The notes beneath the pieces were generated by a model, which was given only the letters and a program-made list of their open reading frames with translations, had not been told where the DNA came from and ran no database searches. This document shows, in pieces, positions 9,310 to 18,026 of a DNA stretch of 64,000 nt. Position numbers and translations under genes: made by a program. Position 1 is the first letter of the stretch. Each line of letters begins with the position of its first letter. Source of the stretch: Pseudomonadota bacterium (GTDB lineage: Bacteria > Bdellovibrionota_C > UBA2361 > OMII01). The stretch is from positions 74,131-138,130 of the forward strand of contig JAYPVM010000003.1 of assembly GCA_038134595.1 (NCBI GenBank). The letters run 5' to 3'.

Positions 9310-9750
9310 AATAATTTCTTCACATAAGGTCTGTACGGAGTATTTCAATTAATGGCGGCTTCGTGTTGCTTTGTTGAGACCCTAGTATCGTGAGAGTGAG
9401 CCGACAGTTCAAGTTGTATTTTCGCCTAAGTAGAAGGAGATGGGTCCCTACAGCTTGGTGCCTTTTTCTGAAAACACGACTCGATACAATCGGCTTTGGC
9501 CAGCTGTATGAGTAGGCGCATACTCAGACTTGCTGTAGTGTCATAGAAGAGATTGAAGCTAATTGTTGCAGCAGTATTTTTTGGGGGCAGATGACTGATT
9601 AGTATGTCCCTAGGTGTTTAGGGTGGTGAGGCATCAGCCGAGTTGAGCTCCTTGCTCTAACGGTGGTTTCTCGTTTGTAGGTGGAATGTGCCTTGTGAAT
9701 CCATATCTTCCACGGTGTATGTCTCCAGATACATTAGCAAGGAATAGAGG

Positions 9751-9763
9751 TAAGCGATTGATA
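9751..9763. promoter_or_regulatory. Putative IHF-binding site
   Basis: TAAGCGATTGATA fully matches YAA-N4-TTGATW and is intergenic. Confidence 0.3.
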
Positions 9764-9857
9764 AATGGCGGAGGGGATAATGTTTGTGTCGCTTTTCGTT
9801 CTAACGCCATACTGATTTAGTGGTTTTTTGTTTGAAGTACGTGAGTAGGGAGAGAGT

Positions 9858-11039
9858 ATGAATTGTAGCAGGGAGATAAGTATCATGAGAAATGTAGTGC
9901 GTTGTTGGGGGTGTATTTGCCTGGCATTTGTCGTAGCAAATGCGATGTTCATTGTGAATGCTTATGCGGATCCGAAGTTTCAAGATTTCTACTTTCAGCA
10001 ACATCAGAGGCGTTTTGGTACTGAGGCACGCGATGGACGGATGTTTGCGATGGCTGGCAGTACATCTTTGGTATCACGTAATAGCGTGAGTGCGGGGACA
10101 AACCCAGCCGGCCTTGGTTTGATGGAACAAGGAGATGTCTCAGCAGTTTATGGCTACAATGAAGTATCGGGTAATGTATTTCCGACCAGGGAGCGAGTCA
10201 AAGACAAACAGCACATGGGACAGATTTTTGGGGCAATTCCTCTAGGGCCTGTCAAAGATGATTTGCCTGACTATGGAAATCTGGCAATTGGATGGAAGGG
10301 AGATATTGGCGATTGGAAAGGAGACCCCACTGATACAGAATCGAGATCTCATGAGGTAACGGGGGCGTATGCCGCGGCTATCGGCGAGTCTGCGAGTATG
10401 GGATATAGTCTTACATATCTGAATGATAAAGTTGAATTCACTGGACATGATTATGATGCAACTGAAAGTTTTATTCATCGGCTTGGAGTGCAGTATCGGG
10501 ATACAGAGGATTTAATTTTTGGTGCAACTGCTTCATTTGCGCATGGCTCGCATGATCTGTCACACAAGGAGGCTATAGGTATAGATCAGACCGTCGATCA
10601 TTTTGGCTTTGGGATAGGATTGGGCGCCCAGTACACTATGGACGCTACTAGTGTTGCCTTCGGAGCAGATTATAACTACTACGACAACAAAGGAGTAAAC
10701 CAGATTCCAAATGACACAGCATGGGGCGGAGATGCGTTCGGGCATGCGATGAACTTTAAAGTTGGTTTGGAACAGTTTGTTCAAAGCTGGCTAGCGCTTC
10801 GCGCCGGATATCGATATGCGGCTAACTTTAGTTGGAATTACAAGCGGCCCGACCTCGACTCGATTGATGGAGGGGCTAAGTATAATGCTTGGTCATTAGG
10901 AGCAGGCCTCCGCTTACCACTTAACGGCTCAAATATCCAAGAAATACGCCTGGATTATGGGGTTGAGTACCGCGCCGTGGGTCGGGATGATTGGGAGCAC
11001 TTAATATCGCTCGTGGCTCCGTTTGATATCTGCCTGTAA
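9858..11039 (+). CDS. Outer-membrane beta-barrel protein, OmpP1/FadL-like
   Basis: Signal peptide, GRMFAMAGS...NPAGLG N-terminal motif and alternating beta-strand pattern (WLALRAGYRY). Confidence 0.65.
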   Translation: MNCSREISIMRNVVRCWGCICLAFVVANAMFIVNAYADPKFQDFYFQQHQRRFGTEARDGRMFAMAGSTSLVSRNSVSAGTNPAGLGLMEQGDVSAVYGYNEVSGNVFPTRERVKDKQHMGQIFGAIPLGPVKDDLPDYGNLAIGWKGDIGDWKGDPTDTESRSHEVTGAYAAAIGESASMGYSLTYLNDKVEFTGHDYDATESFIHRLGVQYRDTEDLIFGATASFAHGSHDLSHKEAIGIDQTVDHFGFGIGLGAQYTMDATSVAFGADYNYYDNKGVNQIPNDTAWGGDAFGHAMNFKVGLEQFVQSWLALRAGYRYAANFSWNYKRPDLDSIDGGAKYNAWSLGAGLRLPLNGSNIQEIRLDYGVEYRAVGRDDWEHLISLVAPFDICL

Positions 11040-11126
11040 TAGAGCGTGTTGTTGGGGGTGTAAGAAAGAGTCTTTTGTGTTACCTGTGCTAATGTAGTGT
11101 GAAGCCGATGTTGGTGCAGGTTTTTT

Positions 11127-11831
11127 ATGTCTCCAAAAAAAGTATTGCTGGTAGCCGCAACAGTTCGAGAGGTAGAGGAGATCGCTTCCTCTCTGGGATG
11201 TAACGGAATTCACAGTATCGAGTTTAACGGTGGTGGAGCTCTTCTTCAGGGTGAGAAGCTCGATTGTCTTGTGACTGGAGTGGGCCAATTTTTCACAACT
11301 CTTGCTCTTACCGAAACCTTTAAGCAGGAGAGCTATGCTACTGCAATTCAGGTGGGAGTCGGCGGAAGTTTTTCTGATGAGTATCCGATCGGCTCTGTTG
11401 TCTCGATTGTTGAAGATGGATTTGCAGATTGTGGAGCAGAGTCTCTAGATGGTTTTTTGGACCTATTTGAAATGGCATTATGGGATCCTGATAAAGCACC
11501 ATTTTCGAAGGGGATCGTTTTACAACAACCTTACGCGTTACGCCGGATGACAGGACTGCCTGAAGTTCGGGGTGTTACGGTAAACAGAACATTAAGCTCT
11601 CCAGGAAGTATTAACTGGGTTGTTGAGCGATTTTCTCCGATAGCGGTATCGATGGAGGGAGCCGCTTTTCTCTATTTATGCGCCTACTTTGGAGTACCGT
11701 GCTTACAGATTCGAGCAATTTCAGATCGCGTTGGACCAAGGAATAAGTCTGCATGGGATATTCCCGGTGCTCTTAAAGCACTTCAAAAGCCCGTATGCGG
11801 TATTATTACGCGTCTTATTGCCCTGCAGTGA
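11127..11831 (+). CDS. mqnB: Futalosine hydrolase (PNP/MTAN superfamily)
   Basis: LLVAATVRE, VTGVG, GVGGSF, FADCGAE, GVTVN, SMEGAAF and QIRAISDRVGPRNKSAWDI. Confidence 0.8.
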   Translation: MSPKKVLLVAATVREVEEIASSLGCNGIHSIEFNGGGALLQGEKLDCLVTGVGQFFTTLALTETFKQESYATAIQVGVGGSFSDEYPIGSVVSIVEDGFADCGAESLDGFLDLFEMALWDPDKAPFSKGIVLQQPYALRRMTGLPEVRGVTVNRTLSSPGSINWVVERFSPIAVSMEGAAFLYLCAYFGVPCLQIRAISDRVGPRNKSAWDIPGALKALQKPVCGIITRLIALQ

Positions 11832-12441
11832 GAGAGTCAAAGACGATTTTTGCATGATGAGAAAGTTCCTGACGTGAGCTTTCGTTAGCTAGTATATAGT
11901 CACTGCGGTTGGCTTTCTCTTCCTCTGGTAGTTGGGCATGGATTCTCTGTAGCGCCTGCTCTCTTGTAACGTTATCACGCGCGATTATTCTCTGGACCCT
12001 GGTTTCGACCGGTGCAGTAACGAGTATTATTCGATCTAGTTCTGGCCTTGGTGTTGCCGTTTCAAAGAGCAGTGGTACTACATATACAATTAGATCAGGC
12101 TGTTGGGCTTTTAGGTCATCAAGACGTTTAAGCCAGGCGCTTCGGATGGCAGGGTGCAAGATCCCTTCGAGCCGTTCTCGTTTTTCCCTGTTTTCAAAAA
12201 TAATTTTACCCATTTTAACTCGGTCGAGTTCCCCCGTTTGCGGAGTGATTACATCGGAACCCTCGAAGGCTCTTTTTATAGCTGCGAGGGTGGGGCTACC
12301 GGGAGAGATTACCTCGCGGGCAATAATATCAGCGTCCACTACCTTGGCACCCCACTGTTCAAAGAGGCTGGCAACTTCAGTTTTTCCCGCCCCGATTCCT
12401 CCAGTGAGACCAACTACGGTCAGCTTTTTGTTTGTTTTCAT
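11815..12441 (-). CDS. coaE: Dephospho-CoA kinase
   Basis: VGLTGGIGAGKT P-loop, DADIIAR, LEGILHPAI and VPLLFE. ATG 12441 has a GGAG RBS. Confidence 0.95.
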   Translation of the reverse strand: MKTNKKLTVVGLTGGIGAGKTEVASLFEQWGAKVVDADIIAREVISPGSPTLAAIKRAFEGSDVITPQTGELDRVKMGKIIFENREKRERLEGILHPAIRSAWLKRLDDLKAQQPDLIVYVVPLLFETATPRPELDRIILVTAPVETRVQRIIARDNVTREQALQRIHAQLPEEEKANRSDYILANESSRQELSHHAKIVFDSLTAGQ

Positions 12442-13022
12442 GGTGTATGTCTCCATCCTAGAGGTGATTTTTGCGCGAGTGTTTTCTTGATATTGTACTT
12501 TTACTGTATTGTCAGATGCTCTTAATGTTCGTGTCAAACTACTTTAAGCGGCTAGGAGGCGTTTTTGAGGTTCCTATCGGAGACGGCGTAGCTACCTGTT
12601 TTTGCGAGTTTATTGTGGATGACTAGCCTGCTTTTGGGAGCGCTGTGTCTTTTGGGCCGGGTCGAAAGAGAATATGCTCGCATCAGCTTTGGGTCCAGAG
12701 CCTGAGACTTCTTGTCCCTCTGTTATTGAGCAAGGGGAACAGGGCAAAGTAATGGTCTTTTTAGTGTGAGCAAGGGGCTAGCTTCAATTTGAAAGGGGGT
12801 TAATGCGATTGGTTGATAAGTTGGGTTCTTTTTTGGGAAGGGGTGTTGTATCTCTGGAGTCAATGGTAAATAGTGTCTTATTGGATAGCTTTTCGGAGCA
12901 ATGGCGTGTAAGAGGATATAAGTAGTTATTGTACGTTGTTGCGGAGCAGGAGGTATACCCAAGGATGATTTTTGAGGGCCGAATTTATCAGCTAGAGCAG
13001 GCTGCTATTGAGAGGAGGTGTC

Positions 13023-13667
13023 ATGTCTAATACAGAATCCAACGTTCCGGGAGATACGGATAATACCGACAACGACCCTGATCTGACCCCGAGCGAGGAG
13101 GCTCGAATTGAGGCGTATAGTGCCTCTGAGCAGGTGAATGAGGAGTCGCAGGACGGCGATGAAGAGGAAACGTGGAGTAATCAGTCTGGTAACAATGATT
13201 CTGATGAAGATGATTTTGAAGGAGATGACGACGCATCCGATGGCGATGATGAGCAATCGACACCACTTAGAAAGAAGATCGAGACTGGAATTGATGTTTT
13301 GACTGAGGAGTTGCCGTTTCGAGCAGAAAAAGCTGCTGCACGTCTAAAACCCTTTTTGTCGGCGCGGGTTGTTTTTGAGTTGAGTAATTCGGACAAGAGG
13401 TTTCTATTTGATTGGACTGACAACGGGCCAGTGGTTTCGACTCTGGCCAATGAGGCGAAGCTTCTTCTGGAAGAGATAGGGGCTGTAAAGGATGGTGAGA
13501 TTCAGGTGGACACCATCATAACGTTGTCGGAACGGGCGGTAATGTCAATTCGATCTGGAGATCTCAATCCTCAAGTCGGTATGCTTACAGATAAGATTCG
13601 TGTTGTGGGAAAAGTTTCGCCTGCTGTTTATATTTTTAATGTTATAGCCCCTCGAAGCAGGTCATAA
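13023..13667 (+). CDS. SCP2 sterol/lipid-binding domain protein with acidic disordered N-terminus
   Basis: C-terminal DTIITLSE...SGDLNPQVGMLTDKIRVVG is SCP2-like; the first ~80 aa are D/E-rich. Strong GAGGAGG RBS. Confidence 0.7.
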   Translation: MSNTESNVPGDTDNTDNDPDLTPSEEARIEAYSASEQVNEESQDGDEEETWSNQSGNNDSDEDDFEGDDDASDGDDEQSTPLRKKIETGIDVLTEELPFRAEKAAARLKPFLSARVVFELSNSDKRFLFDWTDNGPVVSTLANEAKLLLEEIGAVKDGEIQVDTIITLSERAVMSIRSGDLNPQVGMLTDKIRVVGKVSPAVYIFNVIAPRSRS

Positions 13668-13782
13668 GAGCTATTTGAGCTTAGGAAGCGTATCAAAACT
13701 GATCCAAAGAGAAGAGCGCGGATATACAAAGAATGCCGGCTAACAATTTACGGTACGTCACAAGGAAAGGAGAGCTCGTTGA

Positions 13783-14952
13783 ATGCATAATCAAGCTTCA
13801 ATTGATTTACTAAAGGATCTGCAGAAGGAAAAGGTATCCAGAGGCGAGCAGGTTTTGGACCTATCAATGGTCAATCCAGACTTACAACCCCCACGGATGG
13901 TGATGGATAGATTGCTAGAGTTTGTAACTAAGGGTAGCAATCACCGATACGCGGTTTCTCGCGGAGTTCGCAGATTACGAGATGGATTCGCCACAAAATA
14001 TGCTCGTACATTCTCGCAGGAGCTCGACGCAGATAGGGAAGTATGCGTGTGTTTAGGTAGCAAGGACGGAATTTTCAATGTTCTGCGTTATGTCCTGGCC
14101 TCAGGTGATCGAGTAATTGTCTCCTCTCCGTGTTATTCAGCCCATCGTTCTGCAGTTGAGTTGGTTGGTGGTCGAGTTGTTCCGTGGCACGTGTTTGGTG
14201 AGGCAGTCAAAGATGAACATGCTCTCGAGTTGCTTTGTAGGGAGCATGCCCCGAAAGTGCTTCTTCTGAATCTTCCTGCCAATCCTACTGGTTTGGTTGT
14301 AGACAGGGAGTGGTGGGAGCGGGTCGCAAAAATCTGCGCGCGGCACGGGATTGTTTTGGTAAATGATTTTGTGTATGGCGAGATGTGCTTTTCGGGAGAA
14401 CCAGCGACAAGCGGATTAGTCGGGCGGCAGTTTGGTGCCACGTGTGTTGAGGTTTACTCTCTGTCAAAAGCCTATAACGTACCGGGTTGGCGGGTAGGAG
14501 CACTCTTGGGAGATAGTTCCATTATTAGTGGGGTGGCTCGTCTGAAATCTCAAGCCGATTACGGGCTGTTTCTTCCCCTTCAATATGCGGCAAGTTTGGC
14601 GCTCTTGTCGGAAGAAGATTTAGTGTCGGATACGGTAAGAACCTATGAGCGAAGATTGCGACTTCTGATGGCTGGATTAGAGGGCGAGGGGATTGAAATA
14701 TCCAGTCCGAGTGCAGGTGCGTGCCTTTGGATAAGATTTGAGGCTGATTTGCCTCAAGCAGAAGCACCTATGTCACGTTCTACTTCGTTTGCGGCAGGGC
14801 TTCTTGAGGCGCACAATTTAGTTGTTACCCCTGGAGTTATTTTTGGTTCCGAGTACGATTCATTTGTGAGGCTTGCTGCGGTCAGGAGTGATGAATATCT
14901 GCGAGAAGCTGCCCAGCGATTGCGCTCGTATCTTGGAATTGTAAGGCGCTGA
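13783..14952 (+). CDS. PLP-dependent aminotransferase class I/II (AlaC/DapL-like)
   Basis: DLSMVNPD, GSKDG, NLPANPTG, DFVY and SLSKAYNVPGWRVG (PLP lysine). Confidence 0.88.
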   Translation: MHNQASIDLLKDLQKEKVSRGEQVLDLSMVNPDLQPPRMVMDRLLEFVTKGSNHRYAVSRGVRRLRDGFATKYARTFSQELDADREVCVCLGSKDGIFNVLRYVLASGDRVIVSSPCYSAHRSAVELVGGRVVPWHVFGEAVKDEHALELLCREHAPKVLLLNLPANPTGLVVDREWWERVAKICARHGIVLVNDFVYGEMCFSGEPATSGLVGRQFGATCVEVYSLSKAYNVPGWRVGALLGDSSIISGVARLKSQADYGLFLPLQYAASLALLSEEDLVSDTVRTYERRLRLLMAGLEGEGIEISSPSAGACLWIRFEADLPQAEAPMSRSTSFAAGLLEAHNLVVTPGVIFGSEYDSFVRLAAVRSDEYLREAAQRLRSYLGIVRR

Positions 14953-14969
14953 CAGAGGGCAAAAAGGAA

Positions 14970-16115
14970 TTGGATTTTAGAATGATACGAGGCGTTACTT
15001 TTGTGCTAACCATTCTAACCGTCCTTACTCCGACAAGAGTTGTGTTAGGGGAACACGACTGCCTGAAAGCAAGCGACCTTGTCAAGCAGGGTATACGGCT
15101 TAGTAATGCAAGCGAAGAGGAGCTAGGCTTCTATCGGCAAGCGCGTAGTCTCTGCCCGGATATGGCGGAGGCTGTATTTAACATTGGTATTGTCTTACAA
15201 AAACAGGGCAAAGTGGCGGAGGCGGAAAAGAATTTGCGACAGGCTTTGTCTATAAAAAGCGATCCGCGTTTCAGGGTGGCGCTCGGTAGTTTGTTTCAGC
15301 AGGAAAAGAAGTATGATTTAGCAAAAGAACACTATCAGGCGGCACTTGTGGCCGAGGAGAAGTCTCCATTGGCGTACCAGGGAATGGCGAAAGTTTTGCA
15401 GGATGAAGGAAAGGTGCGAGAGGCAGTTTCGCTTCTAGAAGATGCAAAGAAATCCTTACCTTTGGACACGATTACGGCGATCAACTTAGGTATCCTGTAT
15501 GAGGTGGCGCATCGATACGAAGATGCAGGTCGTGAATATCTCAGGGCGACAACTCTTGATTCGAAAAACACTAAAGCTTTTTATCTACGTGGCATGCTCG
15601 AATCTCGATCAGGAAACCTTGCGGAGGCGAAGCGGGCGCTTGAACAAGCTGTTGCGTTGGATGAAAGTTGTGTAGAAGCCATACTTGGTTTGGCCGAGGT
15701 TAATGAAAAGATGAACCGTAGTGTTCTAGCGCAAATTGGATATCGGCGGGTTTTAAAGATACACCCAGATAATATGCTGGCACGGGAACATCTTATTGCG
15801 CTCCTTCTTGACGATCATGCCTATCAGGAGGCGGCAGAGATACTGAAGGCAACAGTTGCACTGGATCCTAAAAGCCCAAAACTCTGGTCGTCGTACGGTC
15901 GAGCTCAAATGGAACTGGGCCAAGTGTTCGATGCCGAAAATAGTTTTAAGAGGTCTCTTGAATTAGATTCGGGTAATGCGCGAGTTCATAACAACTTAGG
16001 TGTACTATATCATCGTCTCGGGAAAATAGATCAAGCACGCGAGCAACTTCAAGAAGCGATGCGGTTAGATCCTACACTTGAAGATTTAGAGGAGAATCTC
16101 AAGATGTTACAGTAG
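14970..16115 (+). CDS. Exported tetratricopeptide-repeat protein
   Basis: Signal-like N-terminus and about ten TPR units (e.g. ARVHNNLGVLYHRLGKIDQA). Confidence 0.85.
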   Translation: MDFRMIRGVTFVLTILTVLTPTRVVLGEHDCLKASDLVKQGIRLSNASEEELGFYRQARSLCPDMAEAVFNIGIVLQKQGKVAEAEKNLRQALSIKSDPRFRVALGSLFQQEKKYDLAKEHYQAALVAEEKSPLAYQGMAKVLQDEGKVREAVSLLEDAKKSLPLDTITAINLGILYEVAHRYEDAGREYLRATTLDSKNTKAFYLRGMLESRSGNLAEAKRALEQAVALDESCVEAILGLAEVNEKMNRSVLAQIGYRRVLKIHPDNMLAREHLIALLLDDHAYQEAAEILKATVALDPKSPKLWSSYGRAQMELGQVFDAENSFKRSLELDSGNARVHNNLGVLYHRLGKIDQAREQLQEAMRLDPTLEDLEENLKMLQ

Positions 16116-16636
16116 GGGAGGTATGCAGTTGCGAAGCGAACTTTGATTGGTGAGCTGGTTAGTTCTGTGATTGTTTCGGATCCTCTGTTTACTTAAGAAG
16201 CAATCTGGACAGCCCTTGGCCGGAAATCTTTAGAACTGGGGATCCTTACTAGCAGGGTGGTGAAGACGGCTCTGCTACCCCATAAATCGGATCGATTGAG
16301 TGATACGTTACGATGTTTCAAAAAAAAAGGTGGGAATAGACGATCGCCAAAATGCGGTAAAAGCTAATTCTTTTCAGTGATATAGCAAATTTTAAGTTTG
16401 TTGTAATAAGAACCTTGTTTGCAAGTATCATGATAGCGTAACCCTTAAATGCTCTTTATAGTCAGGAGAGGTTGATTTTTTCGCTTTGAGCGCGGAGAAG
16501 TTAGCCATTATTCTGGCGGTGAGCGACAGAATGTATGTTGTGCGTTGTTATGTTCAACATCACTGTAACCATCGCCGCGGTTTTATAATGTCTATAAGAA
16601 GTCTGACGGCAAGACGATTTCCATGGCTAGGAATTC

Positions 16637-17818
16637 TTGTCCGGTAAGCAGTTTGATAAAAAAAGATCCATGACAGCAGTTTTGCGGCTTGTTGAGGCCG
16701 ACCAGTTTAGAGAAGAATTAGAGATCCCAGCAGGTAGTGGGGCGGCTTTCCAGGATAGCCATTCTCTGCAAGGGGCATTACAGTATTGTTCCCCGTGGAG
16801 TCCGTATACAGCTCGCTACGTAATTGATAGATTTTCGAAGCCGGGTGAGCGGATACTCGACCCATTATGTGGTATCGGCACCGTGGGGCTTGAAGCCCTT
16901 TTTATGGGGCGGCATTTTGTTGGTGCCGCTTCCGATCATACCCTCGTATCTTTGGCTGAGAGTCGTATTTTCCCAGCTGACTTAGCTGAGGTAGCCTTGC
17001 GCTTGCAGTTCATTCCCTTTAAGCGTCCAGTTAATATAGCAAGTTTTGTAGAGCCGTTTCCAAGTTATTTTCACGTCGCTACTTTTAGAGAGCTTGTTAA
17101 TGCCAAGCTGTCCCTGAAGTCGTCATCGGATAGAGTTTCGCGTTTTATTAACTTTTTAGTTGCAGTTATTCTGCATGGCCACACTACAGGACATCTTTCG
17201 GCCTATACATCGCCCTCGGAAGCCTTATCCGCCAAGGCCCAATACCGCTTGAATGAGAAGCGTGGAGAGGTTCCGTCTTATCGGTCGTTAAGTCCCAGAA
17301 TCTTAAAGAAGGCAGCATTGTTGTTGCGAGATGGAGTTGCTTCGCATCTGAGTGATAATTCATCGCTGGCTAGGGAGGTTTTATACGGTGCCCCGAATGC
17401 ATTAGATAGTATCCAAGGGGATACTATTGACCTGGCGGTAGTAGGTCTGAATCAACCTGGTTTCTTTGAACACGGCATCCGCTCATGGCTGCGTTCCTGG
17501 TGGATAGGTCTCGATGATAGAGAGCTGGCCGATAGAGCGACAGATGTCGATGGTTGGAAAGATGAAGCGAATGAGAATTTGCTTGAAATGGCACGAGTTG
17601 TCAGGAAAGGTGGTAGGGTAGTGTTGCGGGTCGGTTGTGGTCGTATTGGTACGACACGAGTGGATTATTGTGCTGAGATTGAATCGATGGTGACAGAGTG
17701 CTTGGGCTCGTTTTGGCGAATAGAGGGCTCTTTGGCAGAACGATACGTTGGTGGTAAAAAGGCTTTGCACTCCGATGCGAACGGCTCTGCCGAGTTGCTG
17801 GTCTTACGGCGGCGTTAG
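16637..17818 (+). CDS. Amino-DNA-methyltransferase-like protein with degenerate catalytic motif
   Basis: Motif I ILDPLCGIGT and EMARVVRKGG are present. The expected DLVVTSPP(Y/F) reads DLAVVGLNQP. Start is 16637 (TTG) or 16670 (ATG). Confidence 0.7.
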   Translation: MSGKQFDKKRSMTAVLRLVEADQFREELEIPAGSGAAFQDSHSLQGALQYCSPWSPYTARYVIDRFSKPGERILDPLCGIGTVGLEALFMGRHFVGAASDHTLVSLAESRIFPADLAEVALRLQFIPFKRPVNIASFVEPFPSYFHVATFRELVNAKLSLKSSSDRVSRFINFLVAVILHGHTTGHLSAYTSPSEALSAKAQYRLNEKRGEVPSYRSLSPRILKKAALLLRDGVASHLSDNSSLAREVLYGAPNALDSIQGDTIDLAVVGLNQPGFFEHGIRSWLRSWWIGLDDRELADRATDVDGWKDEANENLLEMARVVRKGGRVVLRVGCGRIGTTRVDYCAEIESMVTECLGSFWRIEGSLAERYVGGKKALHSDANGSAELLVLRRR

Positions 17819-17823
17819 CTTTG

Positions 17824-17836
17824 TAACCTGTTGATT
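17824..17836. promoter_or_regulatory. Putative IHF-binding site
   Basis: TAACCTGTTGATT fully matches YAA-N4-TTGATW and is intergenic. Confidence 0.3.
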
Positions 17837-18026
17837 GCATAGCGGTTCTATGCTGAGTTTGCCCAGCTAGGCAGTTGGGTACTCGACGCTTATCGGCGGT
17901 ATTGCTCCGACACTTTTTTACTAAGGCTTTGTCGGCGTTCTGCCGATGTTGTTCTTACTAGATCAAAACGTTTCGAGATAAAGCAGTAGAAGTCTATTTT
18001 GCATGTGAGCATAGGTCGTGTGACCG

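Noticed and set aside
16320..16328. A9 tract upstream of the MTase-like gene as a phase-variation switch
   Set aside because: Short, about 300 bp from the start codon and not clearly inside a promoter spacer; similar A/T runs occur elsewhere.
16520..16560. Second dif-like site around TTATGTTCAAC
   Set aside because: No XerC-like arm at the right spacing and no inverted partner.
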